From contig CBDAOC010000020.1 of the NCBI GenBank assembly GCA_965197925.1, forward strand, positions 384,001 to 448,000: 64,000 nucleotides of DNA. Direction: 5' to 3'. Origin of the DNA: Nitrososphaerales archaeon (lineage in GTDB: Archaea; Thermoproteota; Nitrososphaeria; Nitrososphaerales; UBA213). Below, one piece after another: positions 28,433 through 39,529 of this stretch. Made by a program: the position numbers and the translations under genes. The notes below the pieces were generated by a model that had not been told where the DNA came from, ran no database searches, and worked only from the letters and a program-made list of their open reading frames with translations. Position 1 is the first letter of the stretch. Every line of letters begins with the position of its first letter.

Positions 28433-29304
28433 CAACTCATCTCAAAACCCTACAATACATCAAAAATGATGCAGGATTAACAAATGCCAGGTAGTTTTCT
28501 GCCGTTCTTTCATATCTGATTCTTGTTCTGTGAAATCCATTCTTGAGCCATGCAAGGAATCTCTCAACTACAAATCTTGTCTTGCTGTAATGTTTGCAAT
28601 CATTATTTTGCAAGATGAACTTGGAATTTATTTTGTATGGGATGCAACATGCAATATTTCTATCCCACAAATACATTCTGATGTATTTTGCATCATTTTG
28701 TCTGCATAAACTGATTCTATCTGTTGTATTGAATCATCATCAAGATAGTCTGAAATTGATCCTGTAACATCCATGCATTTTGTACTGTCATGTTCATTTG
28801 CCGGACTCAGCAGTATGGATATTGGAAATCCGTTACTCTCTACTGCGGCATGTATTTTTGTACCTGTTATTCTCTTGAATCCATTATATCCAGTTACATT
28901 GCCCCTTTTTTATTAGGAATGGATGGAGTCAACTGATATTTTTTGTAGATTAATTTTGCCAGATTTATGTGCTGAGTGAATAGTACGTGATAGAATCTTT
29001 TTCCAGATTCCTTTTTGTTGCCATTTGTTTAACCTTCTGTTTGCAGTAGAATCATCACCATATCTTTTTGGCATATCGTCCCATCGGCATCCAGTAGTTA
29101 GAACATGGATTATTCCGTTAATGATTTTTCTATCATCATCCCTAGGCCTGCCAGTTTTTGCATGTGGTGGTATGTGTGATTCCATCATACTCCACTGTTT
29201 GTCTGATAATTCTTGGAATTTCATAAAATAATTTTAGATGTCGCTATTCATGGATCTAAATGGCCGCTAAAAATTGTCTAAATGGTTAGTTTTGAGATGA
29301 GTTG
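28433..29304 (-). mobile_element. IS5-family element, copy A (872 bp, defective)
   Basis: TIRs CAACTCATCTCAAAAC / GTTTTGAGATGAGTTG; LTTGCRW, GTKIHAAV, RFVVER; near-identical to 41231-42110; flanks ATT/AAC do not match. Confidence 0.95.
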
Positions 29305-29582
29305 AACATAGAGAATATGATTTGAGTTTATTAAGATTTTGGAGTTCAAGAATTGATCCCATATCATTTCCTTTTCGTTTTTGACCTATTTCATACCATG
29401 CTACCTTGTGCCCTACAACACTCTTTTTTAGTCACTTTACGCTTCAGTTCGTCAAGCTCCTGTTAAATAGATACCATGTCGAAATCTCTAAATTTTGTCG
29501 GTTTTCATCAAGAAATTGGGATTATATGATCAATGTAAAAAATTGCAAAATTAATGTTTAATTTCTCAACATGTATATCTAT

Positions 29583-29774
29583 TTACTTCATAAATATGAT
29601 GAGAAATATCATCGGGATAGAGACAACTATCGTTATTATTATCAACGCTTGATTTGATTGAGGGCTTGGATCAATTCCGAATAAGGGGAGGAATGGTATG
29701 GGAAACAATATGAATGCCCACAATGCACCGAAAGCTACTAACCTCCTCCACTTCTTGCGCAAGTTGATCTGCAT
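29583..29774 (-). CDS. Small two-TM membrane protein
   Basis: Basic N-terminus plus two hydrophobic helices; TATA-like TTATAAAT upstream. Confidence 0.55.
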   Translation of the reverse strand: MQINLRKKWRRLVAFGALWAFILFPIPFLPLFGIDPSPQSNQALIIITIVVSIPMIFLIIFMK

Positions 29775-29977
29775 GCAGCTATTTATAATACAATTCTATT
29801 TATTCCTTAACAGAACTTCTACGAACAAAGATAGAAGGAAACCAACAGTTCTTATTATCCACTGCTCAATTTTTCATTAAAATTTTATTCACTTCAAGTT
29901 TACACATGATATTTTTTGCACTTATTTGAGGTATGGGCATAATTCCATAACAAAAATAACTTGATGCATCTAATTGA

Positions 29978-30345
29978 TTAACTTCCAAGCATGTGCTCCA
30001 ATGCCCTTAATGGATTTCGTGTAGATGATTGTAGTACTATTACCTGATACAATAATACAGATAACAATACAATGCTCCTTACCTTATCGAACCCTCTAAC
30101 TGGCAATGGATCTATGGCAAACACATCCTTCATGTGCTCTATCAATGGTTCAACTCTTATACTTCTCCGAGAATATACATACTGTCCGTACAGTTATAGA
30201 ACTGCAGCGATGCTAGTCTATTATTATCTGTAGTATGCTTGTACCTTTCCAATGGGAATACTAGTAGATGCCCTCTATACCTGCTGAAATCAAATAACTC
30301 ATGATCATCATATCCCTCATCTCCCACAATGTATCTAATCCCTTT
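29978..30345 (-). pseudogene. DDE transposase C-terminal remnant (IS4/IS5-type)
   Basis: Minus strand fragments IRYIVGDEGYDDHELF, RRSIRVEPLIEHMKDVFAIDPLPVRG..LLSVLLYQ..EHMLGS*, with frameshifts. Confidence 0.8.
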
Positions 30346-30616
30346 CTGGTACTGATGCTGTTAGTATCATAGTAGCTAGATATGGGGTTGTTCCACTATC
30401 TCACCGAAAATCTATCTTAGCTTCGGAATTAGGTTAGTGGTTGCAATGCTCATTTTGGTGACCGAATAAATGTCTAATATTCTCGGCAAAACCTAAAGCT
30501 TTTGAATGTTTTACATTCTTCGTTTTAGATTAGTAGCAAAAGTACAAAAATTAGTTTGCTCGTCAAAGAATAAACTGGTTTGTCCTTACGTTTTATCCCA
30601 GACGTCACTCATAGAG

Positions 30617-31663
30617 TTAAACTATTCCTGTTGATTTTGCTAACTCCAAGGCATCGTGAACTTTCAAACTTGTTTTAGTCAGTATAGTATACCTATCAGG
30701 TCTCAATGTTGAGGCTATTAACAATGCTTTAATTATAGAATCCGCATCAATGCCTAACTCTCTCGCGGTGGTAGGTGCACCTATGTATTTCAAAGTACTA
30801 GATATCTTTTCCCATTCAATTTCATGAAGTTTAGCCATCATTATGGTCCCCAAACCACACTTTTCCCCATGCAGTCCCTTGTTTGGAACAATGAAGTCAA
30901 GAGCGTGACTAAACAAGTGCTCCGCACCAGAGCAAGGTCTGCTACTCCCTGCAATACATGTAGCAACACCACAACTAATAAGAGCTTCAACTACTGTTCT
31001 TACACCAGCACCATTGCCGATTCCTATTGATCTAGATTCTTCCATAACTATCTTTGCACTCATGAACGCAAGACTCGATGAGTATTTGCCAAAATATTCA
31101 CCTTTTTCATCTCTCGCAAGTTCCCAGTCCTTTACAGCCGTAATCTTTGCTATGAGATCACCGCAGCCAGCTACTAACAATCTTCTTGGTGCATGAGTAA
31201 TTATATCTGTATCTACCAATACACCTATAGGAGCTTTAGTTTTAATTGAATGAGGTTTGTCATGACCTTTGATAGATGAGAATGGACTAGATATTCCGTC
31301 ATGAGATGCAGAAGTGGGTACGCTAACAAATGGCTTACCCAAATTATAAGCCACGGTTTTTGCGACATCTACACTTTTGCCTCCACCAAAACCTATTATT
31401 GCCTCACTGCCATTCCTTACAATTTCTTTCTGAATTGCATCAACAACCTCCGTGTTAGCTGCAGTAGCGATAAACCAAGCGTCCTTTATGTCAGACGAAC
31501 TAAGAGATAAGTGGCAGTGTTCACCAATCCGTTCCTTTACAACGGCGCCACTTATTACACCAACCTTTTTCACGCCAAGATCAGTTACAAAATTGCCAAG
31601 ATCCTTGATAACACCATCTCCAATTAGAATATTCCTGGGCAACTCCATTAAGTGAGTTGACAA
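30617..31663 (-). CDS. egsA: sn-glycerol-1-phosphate dehydrogenase
   Basis: GGGKSVDVAK, PTSASHDGISSP, SRPCSGAEHLFSH, HGE. Confidence 0.96.
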   Translation of the reverse strand: MSTHLMELPRNILIGDGVIKDLGNFVTDLGVKKVGVISGAVVKERIGEHCHLSLSSSDIKDAWFIATAANTEVVDAIQKEIVRNGSEAIIGFGGGKSVDVAKTVAYNLGKPFVSVPTSASHDGISSPFSSIKGHDKPHSIKTKAPIGVLVDTDIITHAPRRLLVAGCGDLIAKITAVKDWELARDEKGEYFGKYSSSLAFMSAKIVMEESRSIGIGNGAGVRTVVEALISCGVATCIAGSSRPCSGAEHLFSHALDFIVPNKGLHGEKCGLGTIMMAKLHEIEWEKISSTLKYIGAPTTARELGIDADSIIKALLIASTLRPDRYTILTKTSLKVHDALELAKSTGIV

Positions 31664-31762
31664 TTTCTACAATATGACATTCCCTATTATTTAATTCTGC
31701 GGATGATCGAAACCTTATTTAAGTGGTAGAATCTTATTTGCCTTGTTTCTGAGGGATTCTCT

Positions 31763-32404
31763 TTGTCAGATTATGTAAACAAGAATAGATTACACGGGAC
31801 TACAACTGTTGGGATAACATGTTCTGATGGTGTAGTATTAGCTACGGACACTAGGGCAACTGCTGGTTTTCTTTACATAGCGCACAGGCATGTCAAGAAG
31901 GTTCACAAAATAGATGATCATGTAGCAATGACAATTGCTGGTAGTGTAGCAGATGCCCAGAACGTGGTAGATATACTACGCTACCATGCAAATATCTATA
32001 AACTAGAAAATAGGACTCCGATGCCTTTGAAATCGTGTGCTAGATTAGCTTCAAATTTGTTCTTTTCACAGCGATACCCTGTACCATACATAGTTGAAAT
32101 TTTGGTTGGAGGATTTGATATGGAAGGATCTGTGGTATTTAACATAGATCTCTTTGGTTCGCTGAACAAAGAGAAGTTTGTTTCTACTGGAAGTGGCTCC
32201 CCAGTAGCCTATGGTATTCTTGAAAGTGAATTTAGGGATGATTTGACTCTAGAAGAGGGGGCAGAAGTTGGTGCTAGAGCTATAGCGGCTGCTATCAGGA
32301 GAAACGCGGGAACTGGTGATGGAATAGACGTTGTAATAATTGACAAGAATGGATACCGTGAGCTTGCAAGACAGGAGATTCAATCATTCTCCTTTAGTGG
32401 TTAA
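31763..32404 (+). CDS. psmB: Proteasome beta subunit
   Basis: Propeptide then G|TTTVG; STGSGS. Confidence 0.96.
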   Translation: MSDYVNKNRLHGTTTVGITCSDGVVLATDTRATAGFLYIAHRHVKKVHKIDDHVAMTIAGSVADAQNVVDILRYHANIYKLENRTPMPLKSCARLASNLFFSQRYPVPYIVEILVGGFDMEGSVVFNIDLFGSLNKEKFVSTGSGSPVAYGILESEFRDDLTLEEGAEVGARAIAAAIRRNAGTGDGIDVVIIDKNGYRELARQEIQSFSFSG

Positions 32405-32406
32405 TA

Positions 32407-34338
32407 ATGCAGGAAAAGACGAATTGGCAAGGGCAAAACATAATGTCCATTATACTACAGAATATTCCTAGCGATGCCTCTGTAACTAAAATACAGTATG
32501 AAGGCCCAAGGATTGCGCTCTACACCAAAAATCCAAAGTATTTACTGGAAAATAACCAGATAATTTCAAACATGGTCAATATGATCAAAAAGCGTGTGGT
32601 CATAAGAACCGATGAGTCAATACGTATGAACGAGGAAGAGGCTAGAAACATATTGATGCAGCTGGTGCCAAGAGAATCAGAAGTACAGAGCACTTTCTTT
32701 GATACGGCCTTAGGAGAAATAATCGTAGAGGTAAAGAAACCTTGGATACTACATGCACCTGACTTGGGTGAGGATAATTTTAGTATAATAGAGTTTGTTG
32801 AAAAAACTGGGTGGAAAATGCGTGTAAAGAAAGCATCTCATATTCCATCCGAAATGATGCAGCAGGTAAACTATAGTTTAAAGATGACGGTAAATGAGAG
32901 GATAAAGTTCTACAAGTATGTGGGTGAGCAGATATTCAGGCCAAAATTAGATGAAACTGCAGAGGCTAGTTTGCTTACACTTGGTGGTTTTGGCGAAGTA
33001 GGGCGTTCATGTATGTTATTAACAACTCACGAGAGCAAGATACTACTTGATTGTGGAATAAATCCAGGTGCTAAAGATCCTTTAAACGCATTCCCAAGGC
33101 TTGACTGGGCGAACATCGATCTTAGTGAATTAGATGCAATTGTGTTAAGCCATGCACATCTTGATCATAGTGGTTTCTTGCCTGTATTATTCAAATATGG
33201 TTATCGAGGTCCCATTTACTGCTCAGAACCTACACTCCCCCTGATGACACTTATTCAAACTGATATGATAAAGGTAGCAAAGGTTGAAGGTTCTCTACCA
33301 CTTTACACTGAACGTGATGTCAAGGAAGTTATCAAACATACGATAACACTACCGTTCAGCATGGTTACCGATATTGCGCCTGATGTGAAGTTAGTATTAT
33401 CTAATTCTGGACATATCTTAGGCTCTTCAACTGTGCATCTACACATCGGGAATGGTGATCACAATGTAGTCTATACTGGAGATCTCAAGTATGGAAGAAG
33501 CCAATTGTTAGAGAGTGCATCATGGAATTATCCTAGGGTTGAAACTCTGATCATAGAAAGTACATATGGTGCCAAAGAAGATATTATGCCATCTAGGGAA
33601 GAAGTGGAAATGAACTTTGTTAACACAATTAACAGGACGCTTTCTGAGGGAGGCAAGATCCTAATTCCTGTTCCTGCGGTAGGTAGAGCACAAGAAATAC
33701 TAATGGTTATTGATTCATATATGAAAGCAGGAAAGATGATGGAAGCTCCTGTATTTATTGAGGGAATGATTTCTGAAGCCACAGCAATGCACATAGCTCA
33801 TCCAGAGTATTTGGTAAGAGATCTTAGACAACGTATAATGGAATCTGATGATAATCCTTTCATGTCTGAATACTTTACAATAATAGAGCATATTGATAGA
33901 AGAGAAGAGGCCTTGAAGGATTTACCGGCTATTATAATGGCTACTTCTGGAATGCTTGAAGGTGGTCCAGTGATAGAATATTTTAAAGCAATTTCATCAG
34001 ATGCAAAGAACAAGGTAGTCTTTGTATCATATCAGGTCAATGGAACACTTGGTAGAAGGGTGTTAGACGGTTCCAAGCAGGTTTCAATCATGGGGAGAGA
34101 AAGCAAGATAGAAGTGATTAATATCAATTGTGGTGTGGAGAAGATCGAAGGTTTCAGTGGGCATAGTGATTACAACCAGTTAATATCCTATGTAGGTAAA
34201 CTTCGACCAAAGCTAAGAAGGGTGATAATAGATCATGGGGAGAGACGTAAAGTGGAGAATATGGCAAGTTCCATTGGGAGGATATTTAGGATTCATTCGT
34301 TGCACCCTAGCGTGCAAGAAGCAATTAAGCTAATTTAA
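32407..34338 (+). CDS. fttA: KH-domain beta-CASP ribonuclease aCPSF1 (termination factor)
   Basis: KH N-terminus, EVGRSC, HAHLDH, FSGHSD, HGE; psmB-aCPSF1 pairing. Confidence 0.95.
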   Translation: MQEKTNWQGQNIMSIILQNIPSDASVTKIQYEGPRIALYTKNPKYLLENNQIISNMVNMIKKRVVIRTDESIRMNEEEARNILMQLVPRESEVQSTFFDTALGEIIVEVKKPWILHAPDLGEDNFSIIEFVEKTGWKMRVKKASHIPSEMMQQVNYSLKMTVNERIKFYKYVGEQIFRPKLDETAEASLLTLGGFGEVGRSCMLLTTHESKILLDCGINPGAKDPLNAFPRLDWANIDLSELDAIVLSHAHLDHSGFLPVLFKYGYRGPIYCSEPTLPLMTLIQTDMIKVAKVEGSLPLYTERDVKEVIKHTITLPFSMVTDIAPDVKLVLSNSGHILGSSTVHLHIGNGDHNVVYTGDLKYGRSQLLESASWNYPRVETLIIESTYGAKEDIMPSREEVEMNFVNTINRTLSEGGKILIPVPAVGRAQEILMVIDSYMKAGKMMEAPVFIEGMISEATAMHIAHPEYLVRDLRQRIMESDDNPFMSEYFTIIEHIDRREEALKDLPAIIMATSGMLEGGPVIEYFKAISSDAKNKVVFVSYQVNGTLGRRVLDGSKQVSIMGRESKIEVININCGVEKIEGFSGHSDYNQLISYVGKLRPKLRRVIIDHGERRKVENMASSIGRIFRIHSLHPSVQEAIKLI

Positions 34339-34396
34339 GGCAAAAATAATATTGTAAAATGGATGTATATATTCGGCATTAACTTTTCATATAGCA

Positions 34397-34612
34397 TCAG
34401 TTCTTCGTCTGGGCTGTGGGGACTTCAGTGCTATACCATGTGTACTTGTGCTTTATACCATACCTGGCTAATGCGTTCAGAATTATGTTCTGTACCTCAT
34501 CTACTGAAGCGCTGTGGAAGACACTAATATTTCGAGAAGTCGTCCTCCTATACTTGCCTTTTTCCAACTCGTGAATGACTATTCTTATTCTCTTCTCATT
34601 ATCTTCGCTCAT
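34397..34612 (-). CDS. Small hypothetical protein
   Basis: 71-aa ORF preceded by SD-like GGGGTGA. Confidence 0.6.
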   Translation of the reverse strand: MSEDNEKRIRIVIHELEKGKYRRTTSRNISVFHSASVDEVQNIILNALARYGIKHKYTWYSTEVPTAQTKN

Positions 34613-34809
34613 ATCACCCCATTCTCACTACTGGTATATTGATCTTGTGGTTTAGTTGACTCCCAGAGTAATAACTGAGATCTAGTCTAACAAATTTGTC
34701 GGTTAGGTAACTTCAATCTTGCTTGTTCACTTTTTTATATGAATTCGAAGTAAATAGGGTGCAAAAAGCAACATCTCTGGAGTATTCGAAACAACAAATC
34801 TTTGAAAGT

Positions 34810-35694
34810 ATGAAGCTTGTAGATTACAAAGATTTTCATGAATTCGCAAGGCACCATAAGCAAGTGAGAGTTGGAAATGTGATGATACCAATAGCAAGAG
34901 CAATATCAATCAAGAACTTTACCCCACCTAGTGGTTACAAGCATGAGTCCTTTACGATATGGTCGTTTCCTGATAGAGGAGACTGGTCAACACATGACGG
35001 AAAGTATAGGGGTAACTGGAGCCCATATATACCTCACAATCTGATATGGAAGTATACGGAAGTAGGGGACACGGTTCTTGATCAGATGATGGGTAGTGGT
35101 ACTACAATCGTTGAGTGCAAATTGCTTGGTAGAAATGCAATAGGCGTTGATGTAAATTATAATTCAATAATGGTAGCTTTGGATAGATTGAATTTTGACT
35201 ATGATAGCAATGTTACCCTCAAAACGTATCAAGGCAATGCTTGCAACTTGAATCAAATCAAAGATGATAGTGTTGATTTGATTGCAACCCATCCACCATA
35301 TGCTGCTATAATTCCATATTCAAGAGCGGAGATCAAGGCGGACCTGTCTGCACTATCTATCGATAATTATTTGCGTCAGATGCAATTAGTTGCAGAAGAA
35401 TGTTTCAGGGTTGTCAAGCCTGGGAAGCATTGCGGGATACTTATAGGAGACACTAGAAAGCACAGACATTATGTACCTATTTCACATAACGTACTTCATA
35501 TATTTCTGAATTCAGGTTTCATTCTTAAAGAGGATATTATAAAAGTACAACATAAGACAAAAATGACAAGAGAGGTATGGCGAGGTTCTAACTATGATTT
35601 TTATAAAATAGCACATGAGCATCTATATGTTTTTAGAAAACCGTTAAGGAATGAAAAAACCCAACAGTACAAACACAGCAAGAATTTATTATGA
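34810..35694 (+). CDS. Amino-(N4/N6) nucleic-acid methyltransferase, orphan
   Basis: YRGNWSP, SAM-binding LDQMMGSGTT, catalytic THPPY, HEHLYVFRK; likely start 34810. Confidence 0.85.
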   Translation: MKLVDYKDFHEFARHHKQVRVGNVMIPIARAISIKNFTPPSGYKHESFTIWSFPDRGDWSTHDGKYRGNWSPYIPHNLIWKYTEVGDTVLDQMMGSGTTIVECKLLGRNAIGVDVNYNSIMVALDRLNFDYDSNVTLKTYQGNACNLNQIKDDSVDLIATHPPYAAIIPYSRAEIKADLSALSIDNYLRQMQLVAEECFRVVKPGKHCGILIGDTRKHRHYVPISHNVLHIFLNSGFILKEDIIKVQHKTKMTREVWRGSNYDFYKIAHEHLYVFRKPLRNEKTQQYKHSKNLL

Positions 35695-35769
35695 AAAATT
35701 ATTAGCTTGGTTTCAAATTGTTCGTTAATGAAGTAATATATATAATATAAAAAATATTTTTTATAACAA

Positions 35770-36048
35770 TCACTTCATATCATAAGCTCCTTTCCACACT
35801 TTAACGCCCGGCGGGGTTATCACAATTCTTTCTTCACCAAGCCTTGCAATATCACCTTCTATAGACTGTACGAATTTGTAAAGTTCTTCTATGACTTTTT
35901 TCAATTCGTCAATATTTTTTTGTGCTAACGGAGTAACTCTGATTATAAGCACATTATGTTTTTTCACATCGTGCTTGATTTCATCAAGATCAGTTGAATC
36001 CCGTAAAGTTATTGACTTCACATATGTTGGTTGTTTATGCCCTTGCAT
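35770..36048 (-). CDS. sepF: SepF-family cell division protein
   Basis: LIIRVTPLA..IEGDIARLGEERIVITPPGVK. Confidence 0.85.
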   Translation of the reverse strand: MQGHKQPTYVKSITLRDSTDLDEIKHDVKKHNVLIIRVTPLAQKNIDELKKVIEELYKFVQSIEGDIARLGEERIVITPPGVKVWKGAYDMK

Positions 36049-36117
36049 TAATCAACAACACCTCTTTGAGCAGATATCCTTGCCTATCAACACTGATTAA
36101 CATGAAGCTTAAAGAGA

Positions 36118-37122
36118 CTAAATTCTATATGAATTTAGCTGTTCATCAGCTATTGATGAAACAGTAATTTCCTCTAAGTTGTCACCCCTTTTGATTGTTA
36201 AAAGGCATTTTTCGCCTATAGATGCATCCGAATACCTATTCACTATAGAAGATGCCAGCTCTATTGTCCCGTACTCGCAACCACCTCGAAGTAGGGCTGC
36301 CGGTCCCACGTATTCCTTTACTTCTATCAGCAAGTCATCACGAAGAGCTAATGAACTTATAATATCATTTTCTTGTTTGTTTCTTCCGACGACTAGTTTT
36401 GTATGACTTGTAAGTCTAAAATGCCTTCCAACTTTCAACAATTCAGTATCATTCAGTGTAGGATTAGAGGTATAATCTAAAAGATCCTTTACTCTCTTTG
36501 CAAATTGGGGATCTGTTAACAAACATCCTCCAGCTGAATTAGGATAATCCGTAATACCAAAGTTTTTAGCAAGTTGGATTTGAGTTTTTCTACTTCTCCC
36601 TTTTATACTCAACAGTTGGTCTCTATTTACCAAGCCTCCCTTCTCAGCTTTGGTTTCGGGTAATTGTTTAGCTGATAACGGTCTTAATATCTCTCCTTCC
36701 AACGAACACTCTTGCTCAATGATCTTCAATGCTCTTGGATTCTGGCTCATAGGTCTCTGTTCTAAAACTTCACCTGTAATGATAAATTTAGCATCGATTC
36801 TTTGCATATGATCTTTGGCAACTTTGAACATCATCTCCCTACAATCAATGCAAGGATTCATCCCAGAGCCATAACCATGTTTAGGATTTTTCAGCATCGA
36901 TAAATATTCATCACCAAGATAGAGTGTTTCTAACTTGACATCAAGCATCTCAGCTACTTCTTTAACTCTATATCCACAACCGTGTCCACAATCAAAATCA
37001 CAGAATGGAGTCTTTATTGCAATCGCGTTTACATCTATACCTTGTTCCTTCATTAATTTAACAGCAAGGGTACTGTCCAACCCACCGGAAAGCAATGCCA
37101 CGGCTTTTGGTTTTTCTTCCAT
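36118..37122 (-). CDS. ThiI-like PP-loop tRNA thiolation protein with C-terminal DUF814/NFACT-R-like region
   Basis: LLSGGLDS, NPCIDC, TGEVLEQRPMSQ, AGGCLLT, GRHFR, VGRNKQEN. Confidence 0.85.
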   Translation of the reverse strand: MEEKPKAVALLSGGLDSTLAVKLMKEQGIDVNAIAIKTPFCDFDCGHGCGYRVKEVAEMLDVKLETLYLGDEYLSMLKNPKHGYGSGMNPCIDCREMMFKVAKDHMQRIDAKFIITGEVLEQRPMSQNPRALKIIEQECSLEGEILRPLSAKQLPETKAEKGGLVNRDQLLSIKGRSRKTQIQLAKNFGITDYPNSAGGCLLTDPQFAKRVKDLLDYTSNPTLNDTELLKVGRHFRLTSHTKLVVGRNKQENDIISSLALRDDLLIEVKEYVGPAALLRGGCEYGTIELASSIVNRYSDASIGEKCLLTIKRGDNLEEITVSSIADEQLNSYRI

Positions 37123-37927
37123 TTACAAGTGAACCACATTACCTCTATGTAAATGTTGAGTGTTGAATTATATTTAACAAATCATAAACAAGGTTAATCT
37201 AAAAGAGAGAACTATTTTCAATAGTTATATCAACTACTTACATCATCACCTAAAGATATTTTATGCCTTTTGCCTCTAGGAGAAATTATTGAAGGTGATT
37301 TTATATGCCCGCTCTTTGATCATAAGATTTTTTTCCTTTATAACCGATTGGATCAGCTTAATTTGTGACAACAAAGAATGAAGATTCTATCTATGCGGAT
37401 TATGTTTAATTAATCGAAGTCACCTCATACTTCATACTAATAGCCTCTTATATGACACATTTGCCCTTAGGAATGATCAACCCTAATATTTCTACACAGT
37501 TCCGATTTACAATATATTTAAAGCAGGATGAGTAGATTCGATTATCAAAGAGATCTTTTGACTGATTTGCATAAGAGAGCTCAGTCAATCAACTTGAAAA
37601 ACCTAACATATTTTACACTACTTTCCTAAGTTATTATTCTAACCATTTCCTTGTCTTGGTTATGGACATTCACATTTTGCATTCTTTTATTAATACTATT
37701 TTATCACTGAAACTATATGAGCTAAGCTGTAATCATGCACGAATAGGTGACAAATTTTGTTATTTTTTGAGTTCCCACTTTTTTAGTATAATACCAAATT
37801 AAGAGGAAATTATATGGACAAGAAAGCAAAGGCAAGGATCTAATAAAGATTTTTTATAGAAATATCCAGCCTAATGTTGATACGATTAGTCTAATTGATA
37901 ATTACTTCAAATGAAATTCGGGATTTA

Positions 37928-38353
37928 TCATCTAGTAATTCTTTCTCTTAATTCAGACCGAGTCTTTTCTAAGTGACATGAAATACATAATGTCCATAAA
38001 TTTGATTCATCGAATTCTTTTCCACCCATGAACAATGGCATTATATGATCAACTTGTAGGTTTCTCTTGTTGAACTTGTTTACCTTGATTCTACTCTTTC
38101 TATCTCCGCATTTTTGACATGTGAATTTATCCCTTCTCATTATCTTTATCCTTAGCAGTCGCCAGTTGTTCTTAACGTAAAAATCCCAGGAGCATTTGTT
38201 AGAACAATACTTTGCATCTGATCTTCTTCCTATAACTGGACATCCACAGTTCAAACAAAGCTTATTCTTGTTCCCATCATAACTATTCCTATACCGGCGT
38301 AGGGAAATATGTTTCCGCCTTACGAATTGAATCTTTGCGGTAGCCAATACCAA
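37928..38353 (-). CDS. HNH endonuclease with Zn-binding motifs (start uncertain)
   Basis: CLNC...YCSNKC, RRDKFTCQKCG, QVDHIMP..GG...NLWTLCISCH. Confidence 0.85.
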   Translation of the reverse strand: MVLATAKIQFVRRKHISLRRYRNSYDGNKNKLCLNCGCPVIGRRSDAKYCSNKCSWDFYVKNNWRLLRIKIMRRDKFTCQKCGDRKSRIKVNKFNKRNLQVDHIMPLFMGGKEFDESNLWTLCISCHLEKTRSELRERITR

Positions 38354-38467
38354 TTTGAGTACTATTGTAAATATAAGACGTCAGATGTAATATATCTTAG
38401 TAACTGTGAAAGAAACTTTCGCAACAGGGAAGCAAGACTAAAAAGGATAAGATATAGAATTGATAGT

Positions 38468-39529
38468 ATGTTAAGGAATGATATCCTTCTGAAGGAAGCT
38501 TCGCGAATTAATTGTAACGCGTTAATTGTTTTTGAACCTGAAAACGTTTTTTATGTAACTGGTTTCTGGGGAAACGCCATAGCAGTTGTAAATGAAAATG
38601 GTACGAAACTTATAGTTCCAAAACTTGAAATGGAAAGGGCTAAGAAAAGGAGTAATTATAACAAAGTAATACTTGCAGATTATGACAGCAACATTCTTGA
38701 AACTTTACTTTTAAACCTGGAAAATAATACATTCTGCACAGATTGCAGTAATATTGGAGTGTATGAAAAGATCAAAAGGAAAATTCGAAATAATCTTGTT
38801 TATTCAACAGAGCCATTCTATCAATCTAGAATGGTCAAGGACAGTACCGAGATAAAAATTATGACGATTGCGAATGAAATTGTTGATAAGTTATTTGCCA
38901 CATGTAAGATAGCTATCAGGGTTGGAATTACGGAAATGCATTTGCAAACTATTTTGCTTTACAAAGCTATGAAATTGGGAGCTTTTTCCCCCTCTTACAA
39001 GTACGTGCTATCACCGTTGATAATAGCCTCAGGTATTAATTCTGTACTCCCGCATGCAGAACCTTCTGACAGGAAGATAAAGAGGGGAGATCTTGTCACT
39101 GTAGATCTTACATTAAGATACAAAGGATATATTGCAGACGCAACAAGAACGTTTGCAGTTGGAAGAATTAGTGCTGAGGCAAGGAAAATTTATAGCATAG
39201 TTAAGGATGCGCAGGAAGCCGGGTTAGATGCTGCTAAGACAGGGGCAACTTGTGCTAAAATAGATAATGTCTGCCGTTCTTTGATAGAGAGAAGAGGTCA
39301 AGGAGCGCACTTCATACACTCCACTGGCCATGGCATCGGTTTAGAAGTGCATGAACCACCGTGGATAAGAATGAAAAATGAGCAGGTTTTAGAAAGAAAT
39401 ATGACTATTACTATAGAACCAGGAATATACATTCCGAACAAATTTGGAGTGAGGATAGAGGATAGCCTCGTAGTAGATAAAAAAGCAAAACCATTGAACA
39501 GATATACCAAGGAAATACTGGTACTTTAA
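38468..39529 (+). CDS. Xaa-Pro aminopeptidase (M24B)
   Basis: PH, D..D, HSTGHGIGLEVHE, TIEPG, VRIED; start uncertain. Confidence 0.92.
   Translation: MLRNDILLKEASRINCNALIVFEPENVFYVTGFWGNAIAVVNENGTKLIVPKLEMERAKKRSNYNKVILADYDSNILETLLLNLENNTFCTDCSNIGVYEKIKRKIRNNLVYSTEPFYQSRMVKDSTEIKIMTIANEIVDKLFATCKIAIRVGITEMHLQTILLYKAMKLGAFSPSYKYVLSPLIIASGINSVLPHAEPSDRKIKRGDLVTVDLTLRYKGYIADATRTFAVGRISAEARKIYSIVKDAQEAGLDAAKTGATCAKIDNVCRSLIERRGQGAHFIHSTGHGIGLEVHEPPWIRMKNEQVLERNMTITIEPGIYIPNKFGVRIEDSLVVDKKAKPLNRYTKEILVL

Noticed and set aside
37557..37588. 8-bp inverted repeat TTGACTGA/TCAGTCAA; similar short stems at about 30401-30461, 4245-4318 and 54428-54455
   Set aside because: Isolated short or imperfect stems, within chance expectation and not repeated elsewhere in the window.
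34810..38353. Methyltransferase plus HNH nuclease as a restriction-modification pair
   Set aside because: Separated by two core genes (sepF, ThiI-like) and 800 bp of spacer; no operon structure.
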